NCBI GenBank assembly: GCA_964016885.1
Contig: OZ024764.1
Span: 8,556,001 to 8,620,000, forward strand
Length of the DNA: 64,000 bases
Origin: Eledone cirrhosa
Taxonomy: Eukaryota
Reading direction: 5' to 3'
Shown: in pieces, positions 1-12,439 of the stretch
Position numbering within the stretch: the stretch's first letter is position 1
How the letters are laid out: every line of letters starts with the position of its first letter
Made by a program: the position numbers and the translations under genes
The notes under the pieces: generated by a model
The model's database searches: none
What the model was told of the DNA's origin: nothing
What the model saw: only the letters and a program-made list of their open reading frames with translations

Positions 1-680
1 GAGTTACTAGGGGCCTACATTGTAGACCTGTTCACAGTTTATATACAGGGATATGGTGACAAGCAAGGAGTTACTAGGGGCCTACATTGTAGACCTGTTC
101 ACAGTTTATACACAGGGATATGGTGACAAGCAAGGAGTTACTAGGGGCCTACATTGTAGACCTGTTCACAGTTTATATACAGGGATATGGTGACAAGCAA
201 GGAGTTACTAGGGGCCTACATTGTAGACCTGTTCACAGTTTATACACAGGGATATGGTGATAATTGAGGAGGTACTAGGGGCCTACATTGTAGACCTGTT
301 CACAGTTTATATACAGGGATATGGTGACAAGCAAGGAGTTACTAGGGGCCTACATTGTAGACCTGTTCACAGTTTATATACAGGGATATGGTGACAAGCA
401 AGGAGTTACTAGGGGCCTACATTGTAGACCTGTTCACAGTTTATATACAGGGATATGGTGGCAAGCAAGGAGTTACTAGGGGCCTACATTGTAGACCTTT
501 TCACAGTTTATACACAGGGATATGGTGATAAGTGAGGAGGTACTAGGGGCCTACATTGTAGACCTGTTCACAGTTTATATACAGGGATATGGTGACAAGC
601 AAGGAGTTACTAGGGGCCTACATTGTAGACCTGTTCACAGTTTATATACAGGGATATGGTGACAAGCGAGGAGGTACTAC
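1..680. repeat. 67-bp minisatellite (~10 copies, truncated by window)
   Basis: Unit GAGTTACTAGGGGCCTACATTGTAGACCTGTTCACAG... Confidence 0.95.
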
Positions 681-708
681 ATAGAGGCCTACATTTACAT
701 TATATACA

Positions 709-875
709 CTGTATTTCCCAGCATCGAAGACGCCCACCCCTTAAATAAGTCTAAAAAAATCTACCATGCATCCTGGAGGCCGAAGGTTATTTATTATTTT
801 TTTCTTCAAATTTTTGGTTGTCAAAATTAGTGTATGTCCTTGAGGACGAAGTGTCTTTGGCGCTGGGAAATACAA
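709..875. mobile_element. Tc1/mariner-type MITE (second copy 26439-26606)
   Basis: Imperfect TIRs CTGTATTTCCCAGC...GCTGGGAAATACA. The 26439-26606 copy is flanked by TA on both sides. Confidence 0.65.
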
Positions 876-1029
876 TAACTTACTCGTTACCATATTTCTA
901 ATAAATTTGGAAGGATTTAATGATATAACCAACTTGCTCATTATTAAGTTGGTTCTTGGAACATAACTTAACAAAGGTCCTTTCATAAAATTACGATGGA
1001 AGCGTTTTAGATAAATATAAACACTTTAA

Positions 1030-1236
1030 CCCTTTAGCATTTAAACTGGCTGTATCCAGCCAGAATCCCTCACATCTTTCTGTTCAAACCGGCTGTAACT
1101 GGCCACTCATACTGATGTTAAGGTATTGTTCTCAAAATAGATAATATCAAAATCTCATAAATTCAATATTATGTGAGGTAAAGCCTTTATCATGAAAATA
1201 TAATAGTAAATATAGAGTAATGTAAATGCTAAAGGG
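1030..1236. mobile_element. piggyBac-like MITE (~210 bp; further copies near 4435, 23095, 36465, 50440, 54250)
   Basis: TTAA-CCCTTTAGCATTTA...TAAATGCTAAAGGG termini: CCC ends and a TTAA target site. Confidence 0.6.
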
Positions 1237-1463
1237 TGAACCCTTTCATTATCATATTTCTAAAGAAAGACACTGTTGGTGTTTGGAATGTAACTTAATA
1301 AAGGTTCTTAGGTAGAACTATAATGCAAAGTTTTCATATAAATATAAACACTTTAAGCAAACAGGTTTGTATTATAGAACCAGGGGTGCTTTCAAGCAAT
1401 GTGGTATTGAAACTGTTAATAAACCCAGGCAAGGTTGCTAATAACTCAACAAAAGGAACTCAC

Positions 1464-1805
1464 CTTGACCGTGAACGCTTGTGCTTCTTCTTGGAGCTGG
1501 GAGATTTCAAACGGGATTTACTCTTCTTTGATGGAGATTTTAGATAGCCCAGTTTCCTGGATGGGCTTTTAGCAGCTTTCCTGGAGTATGGGGACTTGGA
1601 ACGTTCCTTGAAGGAACGAGATCTGGAGCGTGAACGTGACTTCTCAGCCCTGCTCTGTGATGAAGCCATACTGCTGATGTGACTTCTGGAATGGTGGGGA
1701 GGTGATTGCTGGCGGTACTGACTCCCTGAATGTTTCGGAGATTGATCTTTCATTCGTAGCTGACGACTGGAGGAGCCATATTTGCTGGGGGAACGAGATT
1801 TTGAT
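1464..1805 (-). CDS. SFSWAP: SFSWAP coding exon 14 (RS region); gene continues beyond window start
   Basis: CTCTTTCTCAG acceptor. Reads SKSRSPSKY...SRSRSRSRSFKERSKSPYSRK...KRSRS. Donor AG|GTGAGT. 342 nt, phase 2 to 2. Confidence 0.9.
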
Positions 1806-2469
1806 CTGAGAAAGAGGAAGAAATAGCATATAAGGCTAATAACATCCGTTTAAACTGTCAGTAAATTTAACCCTTTCATTACCATATCCCTCATTAATTA
1901 AACACACTGTCCCCTATGGTTTTCAAATAATTTTGAAGTTAATCAACAATTTGGAGGGGTTTTGGTTAATATAACTAACTTTCTCTTTATTAAATTGGCG
2001 TTTGGAACATAACTTAACAAAGGTTCTTACATAAAATTATGATGGAAGGTTTTTAGATAAATATAAACATTTTAACCCTTTCATTACCATATTTCTAATG
2101 AAAGACACTGTTGGTGTTTGGAACATAACTTAAAGGTTCTTACATAAAATTATGATGGAAGGTTTTTAGATAAATATAAACACTTTAACCCTTTCATTAC
2201 CATATTTCTAATTAAAGACACTGTTGGTGTTTGGAACATAACTTAACAAAGGTTCTTACATAAAAATACGATGGAAGGTCTTTAAACAAATGTAAGCACT
2301 TCAACCCTTTCATTCAGAGTTTAACCGTGTTGAGGTCAACTTTAATCCTTTCATGGTCGATAAAATAAAATACCAGTTACACACGGGGGTCAATATAATT
2401 CATTTCCTCCTCTCCCTACTGCTAATTTTTGTAAGAATTATTACTTGACTGTTCTCGCTTGGAGAACCA

Positions 2470-3862
2470 GCCGGACCAAATGCTAATGATGCTTCTGACA
2501 GGACCCACTGGAAGGAGTGTTTGAGGACTTTGTCCCCGACGACTCTTTCTCAGGAATAAACTGTAGTGTGCAGGAGAGAAGACTGCGTTGGTATGGTGAT
2601 ATGATGCACATGGATGAGGACCGCTGGATGGAGAAGTGCCAAGAAATCCCAGTGGAAGGAAGACGCAGTGGAAGGAAGACCACGAAAAACATGGGCGGAG
2701 GTGGTGAGAGCTGACCTGAGATCGCTGAAGCTCACGGAGGAGATGACGAAGGACCGTGACAAATGGAGAGATGCTGTGCTGAAGAGGATCCATCCCTGTG
2801 GAAGGAAGACGCAGTGGAAGGAAGACCACGAAAAACATGGGCGGAGGTGGTGAGAGCTGACCTGAGATCGCTGAAGCTCACGGAGGAGATGACGAAGGAC
2901 CGTGACAAATGGAGAGATGCTGTGCTGAAGAGGATCCATCTCTGTGGAAGGAAGATGCAGTAGAGAAGACCACAAAAAACATGGGCGGAGGTGGTGAGAG
3001 CTGACCTGAGATCGCTGAAGCTCACGGAGGAGATGACGAAGGACCGTGACAAATGGAGAGATGCTGTGCTGAAGAGGATCCATCTCTGTGGAAGGAAGAT
3101 GCAGTAGAGAAGACCACAAAAAACATGGGCGGAGGTGGTGAGAGCTGACCTGAGATCGCTGAAGCTCACGGAGGAGATGACGAAGGACCGTGACAAATGG
3201 AGAGATGCTGTGCTGAAGAGGATCCATCTCTGTGGAAGGAAGATGCAGTAGAGAAGACCACAAAAAACATGGGCGGAGGTGGTGAGAGCTGACCTGAGAT
3301 CGCTGAAGCTCACGGAGGAGATGACGAAGGACCGTGACAAATGGAGAGATGCTGTGCTGAAGAGGATCCATCTCTGTGGAAGGAAGATGCAGTAGAGAAG
3401 ACCACAAAAAACATGGGCGGAGGTGGTGAGAGCTGACCTGAGATCGCTGAAGCTCACGGAGGAGATGACGAAGGACCGTGACAAATGGAGAGATGCTGTG
3501 CTGAAGAGGATCCATCTCTGTGGAAGGAAGATGCAGTAGAGAAGACCACAAAAAACATGGGCGGAGGTGGTGAGAGCTGACCTGAGATCGCTGAAGCTCA
3601 CGGAGGAGATGACGAAGGACCGTGACAAATGGAGAGATGCTGTGCTGAAGAGGATCCATCTCTGTGGAAGGAAGATGCAGTAGAGAAGACCACAAAAAAC
3701 ATGGGCGGAGGTGGTGAGAGCTGACCTGAGATCGCTGAAGCTCACGGAGGAGATGACGAAGGACCGTGACGAATGGAGAGATGCTGTGCTGAAGAGGACC
3801 CGTCCCACCCTTGCAAGCAGGGAAAAGCCGACGTATGATGATGATGATGATGATGATGATGA
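2470..3862 (+). mobile_element. RTE-clade LINE 3' fragment with internal ~144-bp tandem amplification (~8 copies)
   Basis: ERRLRWYG..M...GRPRKTW..VVR.DL C-terminal RTE motif. The 144-bp unit repeats over 2650-3800 and the element ends in a (GAT)n tail. Confidence 0.85.
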
Positions 3863-3916
3863 AGAAAATAAGAAAAAGAGACGAAAAAGACGAAGAATAT
3901 TACTATTGACCCTTAC

Positions 3917-4108
3917 CTGCACTGTGAATGGTTCCGATGTTTGTGTGGACTTAAGGACTTACTCCTTTTTAAATGTTTCCCTGGAGATTTGGAACGACTG
4001 CGTTTTCGAGATGGACTTTTCTTGGATTTTCGACTGGCTGGGGACTTGGAACGCTCTTTGGGCTGGGAACTTTCTCTCCTGCGTGAGGACGAACTACTGG
4101 AGTTGTAT
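3917..4108 (-). CDS. SFSWAP: SFSWAP coding exon 13 (RS region)
   Basis: TTACAG acceptor. Reads YNSSSSSSRRRESSQPKERSKSPASRKSKKSPSRKRSRSKSP. Donor GTAAGG. 192 nt, phase 2 to 2. Confidence 0.88.
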
Positions 4109-4729
4109 CTGTAAATGAAATACAAACAGACATTTACTGGAGGGGGGTTGGCGTTAGGAAGGGCATCCAGCCAGAAACAGTTCTATACAAGCGAGACATG
4201 GCCACCTGACCAATCTTGCCTCAAGTGGGATAAACCTGTCTATCCATGCTAACGTGGAAAATAGGCGTTAAGCCAGTCATGGGCAACCTGCGGCCCGCGA
4301 AGCTTTCTGAATGGCTCGCCTAAGTCACCTAAGTGAAATCTTTCTAATTCTTTTACCCCAACTTTTCAGTTCTAATTTATCTTTCTATCATTTTTACGAT
4401 CAAGGAAATCAACGTGAGTTACCCCCCTTCTTTTTAACCCTTTAGTATTTACATTACTCTATATATGCCATTCGGTGAATTGGCAGTATCGGTAGAGAGT
4501 CGGACGCCATGCTTTGACGCATAGAGTTACGGCCCTTGCCATTCTGAGTTCAAATCCCGCCGAGGTTAACTTTGCCTTTCATCCTTATGGGATCGATAAA
4601 ATAAAGTACCAGTAATGTACTGGGTAATTGCTGGCCTTGTGCCAAAAGTAGAAACAATTATATTTTAATGGTAAAGGCTTTACCTCACATAGTATCGAAT
4701 CTGAGATTTTGAAAGTATTCATTTTGAAA

Positions 4730-5380
4730 ACAATACCTTAACATCAGTTTGAGCGACCAGTTACAGCCAGTTTCACTAGAAAGAAGTAGAGAATTCTGGC
4801 CGGTTTTAACACTAAAGGGTTAATGTGGGCACAAATGTAAATTAGCGCTCGCTGCCCACAACAATACCTTAACATCAGTTTGAGCGACCAGTTACAGCCA
4901 GTTTCACTAGAAAGAAGTAGAGAATTCTGGCCGGTTTTAACACTAAAGGGTTAATGTGGGCACGAATGTAAATTAACGCTTGCTGCCCACAACAATACCT
5001 TATCAGTTTGAGCGACCAGTTACAGCCAGTTTCACTAGAAAGAAGTAGAGAATTCTGGCCAGTTTTAACACTAAAGGGTTAATGTGGGCACGAATGTAAA
5101 TTAGCGCTCACTGCCCACAACAATACCTTAACATCAGTTTGAGCGACCAGTTACAGCCAGTTTCACTAGAAAGAAGTAGAGAATTCTGGCCAGTTTTAAC
5201 ACTAAAGGGTTAATGTGGGCACGAATGTAAATTAGCGCTTGCTGCCCACAACAATACCTTAACATCAATTTGAGCGACCAGTTACAGCCAGTTTCACTAG
5301 AAAGAAGTAGAGAATTCTGGCCGGTTTTAACACTAAAGGGTTAATGTGGGCACGAATGTAAATTAGCGCTTGCTGCCCAC
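4730..5380. repeat. ~130-bp tandem repeat (5 copies) spanning a MITE end and its flank
   Basis: The unit contains CTAAAGGGTTAA (MITE terminus) plus adjacent sequence. Confidence 0.9.
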
Positions 5381-5949
5381 CTGATGAGCCATAAATCATG
5401 CAGCCTGCTTCTTCAAAAATCTGGCCCAAGCCTGCGTTAAACGATGATGATGGTCCATGACACAAATGCTTAAATCCTGATGTGGACGTAGCAGAGCAAT
5501 CAACACATACTTGGGCATCTAGCTGTAGAAATCTTGCCAAACAAAAGGTTGGGCAGACTCTCAGTTGTGTCAAAGACATGACAACCTCACCTGCGCACTC
5601 TGTATCAAAAGGGTTCAACAGGAACCCTTTAAAATGGGTGTTTTATATTACAGAACCAAAGTCAATTTTAGCTGGGTTGGTGTCAAAAAGGTTAAACAAT
5701 GATAATTATTAATAATTGTTTCTACTTTAGGAACAAGGCCAGCAATTATCCCAGTACATTACTGGTACTTTATTTTATCGACCCCGTAAGGATGAAAGGC
5801 AAAGTCAACCTCGGCATAATTTGAACTCAGATCGTAAAGGGACGTAGCTATGCTGGAAAGCATGTCTGACCCTCTACCGATACTGCCAATCCACCGCCCT
5901 CAATGATGATGATAGATAATGAAATTTTAAAAAAAGGTACAACAGACAT

Positions 5950-7998
5950 TGTTGGCTCAGAAGAAATGACAGCTATGATGTGCTGGATGTGTAGTGTGAC
6001 CACTGAGGATGATGTCAGCTCAACTGAGCTCCTGAAAAGACTGCTGATCAACGACCTCGAGGATGTGCTTCACACGAGATGCATGCACTGGTAGGGCCAT
6101 GTAGAGTGCAGTGAGGGCTGGATCAGCAAAGTGATAAATGTCTATCCAGAAGGGGGTAGAGGCTGGTAGGGCCATGTAGAGCGCAGTGAGGGCTTGATCA
6201 CCAAAGGGATAAATGTCTATCCAGGAGGGGGTAGAGGCTGGTAGGGCCATGTAGAGCACAGTGAGGGCTTGATCAGCAAAGTGATAAATGTTGATCCAGG
6301 AGGGGGTAGAGCTGGTAGGGCCATGCCAAGCGCAGTGAGGGCTGGATCAGCAAAGTGATAAATGTCTATCCAGGAGGGGGTAGAGGCTGGTAGGGCCATG
6401 TAGAGTGCAGTGAGGGCTGGATCAGCAAAGTGATAAATGTCTATCCAGGAGGGGGTAGAGGCTGGTATGGCCATGTAGAGTGCAGTGAGGGCTTGATCAG
6501 CAAAGTGATAAATGTCTATCCAGGAGGGGGTAGAGGCTGGTAGGGCCATGTAGAGTGCAGTGAGGGCTAGATCAGCAAAGGGATGAATGTCTATACAGGA
6601 GGGGGTAGAGGCTGGTAGGGCCATGTAGAGTGCAGTGAGGGCTAGATCAGCAAAGGGATGAATGTCTATCCAGGAGGGGGTAGAGGCTGGTAGGGCCATG
6701 TAGAGTGCAGTGAGGGCTAGATCAGCAAAGGGATGAATGTCTATCCAGGAGGGGGTAGAGGCTGGTAGGGCCATGTAGAGTGCAGTGAGGGCTAGATCAG
6801 CAAAGGGATGAATGTCTATCCAGGAGGGGGTAGAGGCTGGTAGGGCCATGTAGAGTGCAGTGAGGGCTGGATCAGCAAAGGGATGAATGTCTATCCAGGA
6901 GGGGGTAGAGGCTGGTAGGGCCATGTCGAGTGCAGTGAGGGCTGGATCAGCAAAGGGATGAATGTCTATCCAGGAGGGGGTAGAGGCTGGTAGGGCCATG
7001 TAGAGTGCAGTGAGGGCTGGATCAGCAAAGTGATAAATGTCTATCCAGGAGGGGGTAGAGGCTGGTAGGGCCATGGAGAGTGCAGTGAGGGCTGGATCAG
7101 CAAAGTGATAAATGTCTATCCAGGAGGGGGTAGAGGCTGGTAGGGCCATGGAGAGTGCAGTGAGGGCTTGATCAGCAAAGGGATGAATGTCTATCCAGGA
7201 GGGGGTAGAGGCTGGTAGGGCCATGTAGAGCGCAGTGAGGGCTTGATCACCAAAGGGATAAATGTCTATCCAGGAGGGGGTAGAGGCTGGTAGGGCCATG
7301 TAGAGCACAGTGAGGGCTTGATCAGCAAAGTGATAAATGTTGATCCAGGAGGGGGTAGAGCTGGTAGGGCCATGCCAAGCGCAGTGAGGGCTGGATCAGC
7401 AAAGTGATAAATGTCTATCCAGGAGGGGGTAGAGGCTGGTAGGGCCATGTAGAGTGCAGTGAGGGCTGGATCAGCAAAGTGATAAATGTCTATCCAGGAG
7501 GGGGTAGAGGCTGGTAGGGCCATGTAGAGCACAGCGAGGGCTTGATCAGCAAAGTGATAAATGTTGATCCAGGAGGGGGTAGAGCTGGTAGGGCCATGCC
7601 AAGCGCAGTGAGGGCTGGTTCAGCAAAGGGATGAATGTCGATCCAGGAGGGGGTAGAGGTTGATAGGGCCATGTCAAGCGCAGTGAGGGCTGGATCAACA
7701 AAGTGATGTCGATCCAGGAGGGAGTAGAGGCTGGTAGGGCCATGTAGAGCGCAGTGAGGGCTGGATCAGCAAAGTGATAAATGTCGATCCAGGAGGGGGT
7801 AGAGGCCCAGGAAGACCAAAAAGGACTTGGATGGAGGATGTCTGTCAGGATGAAGCTAGGTTTGGCCTGGCCAAAGTGAGACAGGCAGACAGAAACACAT
7901 GGAGTGGGACGCTGAGGAGCGCTGTCAGGCAGGACACACCCCCTACTTAGGGATTAAATGGGTCCTGCATAATCAAAACTAGATGATGGTGATGATGA
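5950..7998 (+). mobile_element. RTE-like LINE remnant split by a 75-bp minisatellite (~23 copies, 6090-7800)
   Basis: EMTAMMCWMC...L..RCMHW.GH precedes the array and GRGPGRPKRTWME follows it. The unit equals 25 codons. Confidence 0.75.
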
Positions 7999-8013
7999 GA
8001 ATAAGTAACAAAC

Positions 8014-8293
8014 CTTTTCCCCACATAACCACCACTACCACCACCACCACCACCACCACCACCACCAGGTGGTGTTGGTGACTTCTTCCTGAGGGGAGGG
8101 CTATCGGAGCAACTTTGGTGGCCCTTGCTGTGGTTACTGGAGTTGTCATAGATGAAACAGCCCTCAGGGACGTTGTTTGTGGCATCGTAGATGTGATGGG
8201 AGCCATCGGCAGAGAGGTAGGCCTCCTCTAGATCTCCAGTTTTGTGGTGTAGTACGGGAGTGTTACCACTGGAGCTAGCCAAAGATACACACC
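8014..8293 (-). CDS. SFSWAP: SFSWAP coding exon 12
   Basis: TTTTCAG acceptor. Open frame GCVSLASSSG...RKKSPTPPGGGGGGGGGGSGGYVGK. Donor AG|GTTTGT. 280 nt, phase 1 to 2. Confidence 0.8.
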
Positions 8294-8449
8294 CTGAAAA
8301 CAGAAAACACCTCACAGGTATATAAATATACAACTTTTTTTCCATACACTGACGCGCATGTGTATGTGTGAGTGCATGTATGTATGTCTGTATGTGCATA
8401 TATGTACATTTATATGTATGAGTATATAAACATGCAAACACAGACACAC

Positions 8450-9100
8450 ACACTTACAAAAATACTCACTCACAGACACACATTCACATAAACATACACA
8501 TATACATTCCTACAAACACACACTTACATTCACGCAAACACACAGACATACATTCACACAAACACACACATATACATTCCTACAAACACACAAACACACA
8601 CTTACATTCACGCAAACACAGACATACATTCACACAAACACACACATATACATTCCTACAAACACACACATTTACTTAAACACAGACATACATTCACACA
8701 AACACTCAGACATTCTTTCACACAAACACAGACATACATTCACACAAACACACACATATACATTCCTACAAACACACACATTCACTTAAACACAGACATA
8801 CATTCACACAAACACACACATATACATTCCTACAAACACACACATTCACTTAAACACAGACATACATTCACACAAACACTCAGACATTCTTTCACACAAA
8901 CACAGACATACATTCACACAAACACTCAGACATTCTTTCACACAAACACAGACATACATTCACACAAACACAGACATACATTCACACAAACACACACATA
9001 TACATTCCTACAAACACACACATTCACACAAACACTCAGACATTCTTTCACACAAACAGACATACTTTCGCACAAACACACAAACTCATACACACATACT
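8450..9100. repeat. CA-rich compound microsatellite
   Basis: ACACACAGACATACATTC variants. Confidence 0.9.
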
Positions 9101-9109
9101 CTTTACACC

Positions 9110-10038
9110 ATCCACACAACACCCTCTCATAATATTGAATCAAATGGCTTGAAAACCCAGTACAATCTCACACAACACCCTCTCATAACACTGAATCAAA
9201 TGGCTAGAAAACCCAGTACAATACCAGTAATATCTCACACAACACCCTCTCATAACATTGAATCAAATGGCTTGAAAACCCAGTACAATACCAGTAATAT
9301 CTCACACACCACCCTCTCATAACATTGAATCAAATGGCTTGAAAACCCAGTACAATACCAGTAATATCTCACACACCACCCTCTCATAACATTGAATCAA
9401 ATGGCTTGAAAACCCAGTACAATACCAGTAATATCTCACACACCACCCTCTCATAACATTGAATCAAATGGCTTGAAAACCCAGTACAATACCAGTAATA
9501 TCTCACACACCACCCTCTCATAACACTGAATCAAATGGCTTGAAAACCCAGTACAATACCAGTAATATCTCACACAACACCCTCTCATAACACTGAATCA
9601 AATGGCTTGAAAACCCAGTACAATACCAGTAATATCTCACACACCACCCTCTCATACCATTGAATCAAATGGCTTGAAAACCCAGTACAATACCAGTAAT
9701 ATCTCACACACCACCCTCTCATACCATTGAATCAAATGGCTTCAAAACCCAGTACAATACCAGTAATATCTCACACACCACCCTCTCATACCATTGAATC
9801 AAATGGCTTGAAAACTCAGTACAATACCAGTAATATCTCACACACCACCCTCTCATACCATTGAATCAAATGGCTTCAAAACCCAGTACAATACCAGTAA
9901 TATCTCACACACCACCCTCTCATAACACTGAATCAAATGGCTTGAAAACCCAGTACAATACCAGTAATATCTCACACACCACCCTCTCATAACACTGAAT
10001 TAAATGGCTTGAAAACTCAGTACAATACCAGTAATATC
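9110..10038. repeat. 67-bp minisatellite (~14 copies) ending ~15 bp from the exon 11 donor
   Basis: Unit CTCTCATAACATTGAATCAAATGGCTTGAAAACCCAGTACAATACCAG... Confidence 0.95.
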
Positions 10039-10052
10039 TTAGTCCAACTTAC

Positions 10053-10238
10053 CACCTGTGTCTGAGAGTTCTTTATCAGAACTATTTTGGTTGGTCACCA
10101 ACTGGTTGGATGATTTCAACATGTTGATGAACAGGGCTGCCTTGCGTTTGCGTTCAGCCTGAAGTTGCTTTTCTTTAGTGGCCTGAGATAGCTTCTCTCG
10201 GGCAGCTAAAGCCAGACGGTCTTTCAGTTTCTCTTCAG
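10053..10238 (-). CDS. SFSWAP: SFSWAP coding exon 11 (conserved coiled coil)
   Basis: Reads [42 protein letters not shown], the conserved [15 protein letters not shown] segment. TTCCAG/GTAAGT. 186 nt, phase 1 to 1. Confidence 0.95.
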
Positions 10239-10688
10239 CTGGAAACAAACCATATAACAAGAGTTAGTAGGGATGTGTGAAAGAGAGAGAGAGGGGGGGG
10301 GGGAGAAGGTGAGAGCCAAAGAGATGACTTAAACATGATATATTCATTTCATTTTATGTCCACTTTTCCCTGCTTGCAAGGGTGGGACGGGAACTGATTC
10401 TGGCATGATTTCTACAGCTGGATGCCCTTCCTAACACCAACCTCATTTACAGTGGGTGCTGGGTGCTTTTTTGCCGTGGCACCTCCACGACCACTTTGCA
10501 GTGGAATGATAGGAACCCCAGTCCCTATCATCTCATTTCTACAGCTGAGTAAACTGGAGCAATGTGAAATAAAGTGTCTTGCTCAAGGAAACAACACATC
10601 ACCCGGTCTGAGAATTGAACTCACAACCTTTCGATTGCAAGGCCAATGCTCTAACCACTAAGCCATGTGCCTCCATATTATATATTAT

Positions 10689-10880
10689 AGGGCGGTGGAT
10701 TGGCAGTATCGGTAGAGAGTCGGACGCCATGCTTTCCAGCATAGAGTTACGTCTCTTTACGGTCTGAGTTCAAATCACGCCGAGGTTCACTTTGCCTTTC
10801 ATCCTTACGGGGTCGATAAAATAAAATACCAGTAATGTACTGGGTAATTGCTGGCCTTGTGCCAAAAGTAGAAACAATTA
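10689..10880 (+). mobile_element. tRNA-derived SINE family 1 (other copies ~4470, 5715, 20275, 23562, 26800, 32440, 36645)
   Basis: A-box-like TGGCAGTATCGG, B-box GAGTTCAAATC and central domain GCCTTTCATCC...GGTCGATAAAATAAAGTACCAG; many dispersed copies. Confidence 0.8.
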
Positions 10881-11456
10881 TATATAATATATATATATAT
10901 ATATTCATCTTTTTCCATTTCTTAGAGGGTTCTACCAGGCTAAAATTTCTTTAGTCAAAAGAATACGGCGAAAGCTTCTATTTCTAATTTCAAACTCGCT
11001 CGTTGTGTGTGTGTGTGTGTATGTGTTGTGTGTGTTGTGTGTGTGTGTGTTGTGTGTGTGTGTGTATATATCAACTAGAAATTGATTGACATATATATAT
11101 ATATCTAAAATAAACATATGAAACAATCACAGGGAATAATTGATATGGCGCATGTCCCTCTGACATGACACCCGTAATTTAATTTTGGATATATATATAT
11201 ATATATATATATATTGCTTTTTGTGAAAATCAGTCATATGGAACTATTGTCATCTTGCCTGACGGATTGAACTTTACAACACCACCTGCCTCTTTGAGGT
11301 TAAATACCAACCCTACTAGCATCTACAAACTGACCAATTAGAATTAAGATTATTCCTGCTGACAACATTAAATTATTCCTAACAAGCTCATATGTCCCAA
11401 GGCTCTGATACCATCAACACTATAAACACAGAGCTGACATATCTAAGAACTGACTA

Positions 11457-11514
11457 ACTGCCTGATGAGGTCTTAGCCATTCAATGGCTATCATCGAAAT
11501 ATATATATAGCAGT
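11457..11514 (+). ncRNA. Minimal type-I hammerhead ribozyme motif (Penelope-like repeat family A)
   Basis: actgc-CTGATGA-stem II (tagccatt/aatggcta)-GAAA-tatatata-TA-gcagt. Stem I actgc/gcagt; self-complementary stem III. Confidence 0.7.
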
Positions 11515-12019
11515 AAATAAAGGATTACGAGTTCATGCAATTGACTTATGTTTCGTCACTATACATATATATCATCATCATTTCATTTTATATCCACTTT
11601 TCCCTGCTTGCAAGGGTGGGACGGAAACTGATTGTGGCTTGATTTCTACAGCTGGATGCCCTTCCTAACACCAACCTCATTTACAGTGAGTGCTGGGTGC
11701 TTTTTTGCCGTGGCACCTCCACGACCACTTTACAGTGGAATGATATGGACCCCAGTCCCTATCATCTCATTTCTACAGCTGAGTAAACTGGAGCAATGTG
11801 AAATAAAGTGTCTTGCTCAAGGAAACAACACATCACCCGGTCTGAGAATTGAACTCACAACCTTTCGATTGCAAGGCCAATGCTCTAACCACTAAGCCAT
11901 GTATATATATATAAATAAAACAAGAGAGAGAGAGAGATTAGATAAAATGGATAGATATACAGATAGATGGATAGATAGTTGTATAGATAGTCTGACATAG
12001 ATTTTAAATAGGTAGATAG

Positions 12020-12415
12020 ATTTCTTTATTTGCCACAAGGGTGCACAAGAAATGGGACATTAAAGGACATATGGCGGAGGTCTTACATTTAAACGTGTAA
12101 ACAGTTTTAACAATTATTAAATAAATAATACAAAATCAAAATCCCCAATAGTGGGGAACATTACAACTGTGTTGTTTTACACCCCGAATATAGAACAACC
12201 CTCAACACCAGGAGCATGTTTTGCAAGAACTCCTGTCTTCTGTCTTTTGTCCTCTTCAACCTACATGTTTATACACAGAGAAGGCCCTTTCACTCGGGCC
12301 ATTCGCGCCACATTCACCCATCTTTCGGCAAATTTGCTGGGATGCAACACCTCTGTCTCTTCTCACCCTTCTTCTGAAATGGTATTTGAAGAGGGGGAGG
12401 AAGTGTTGTCATACA
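12020..12415 (-). mobile_element. Tx1/L1-clade LINE 3' fragment (same family)
   Basis: Homologous to 27001-27400, ends in AATAAAGAAA, and is flanked by AGATAG repeats. Confidence 0.8.
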
Positions 12416-12439
12416 AATAGATAGAATCATATAGCTAGA

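Noticed and set aside
2422-7743. Repeat ORFs of 360-400 aa
   Set aside because: Antisense readings of LINE-derived 144- and 75-bp tandem arrays.
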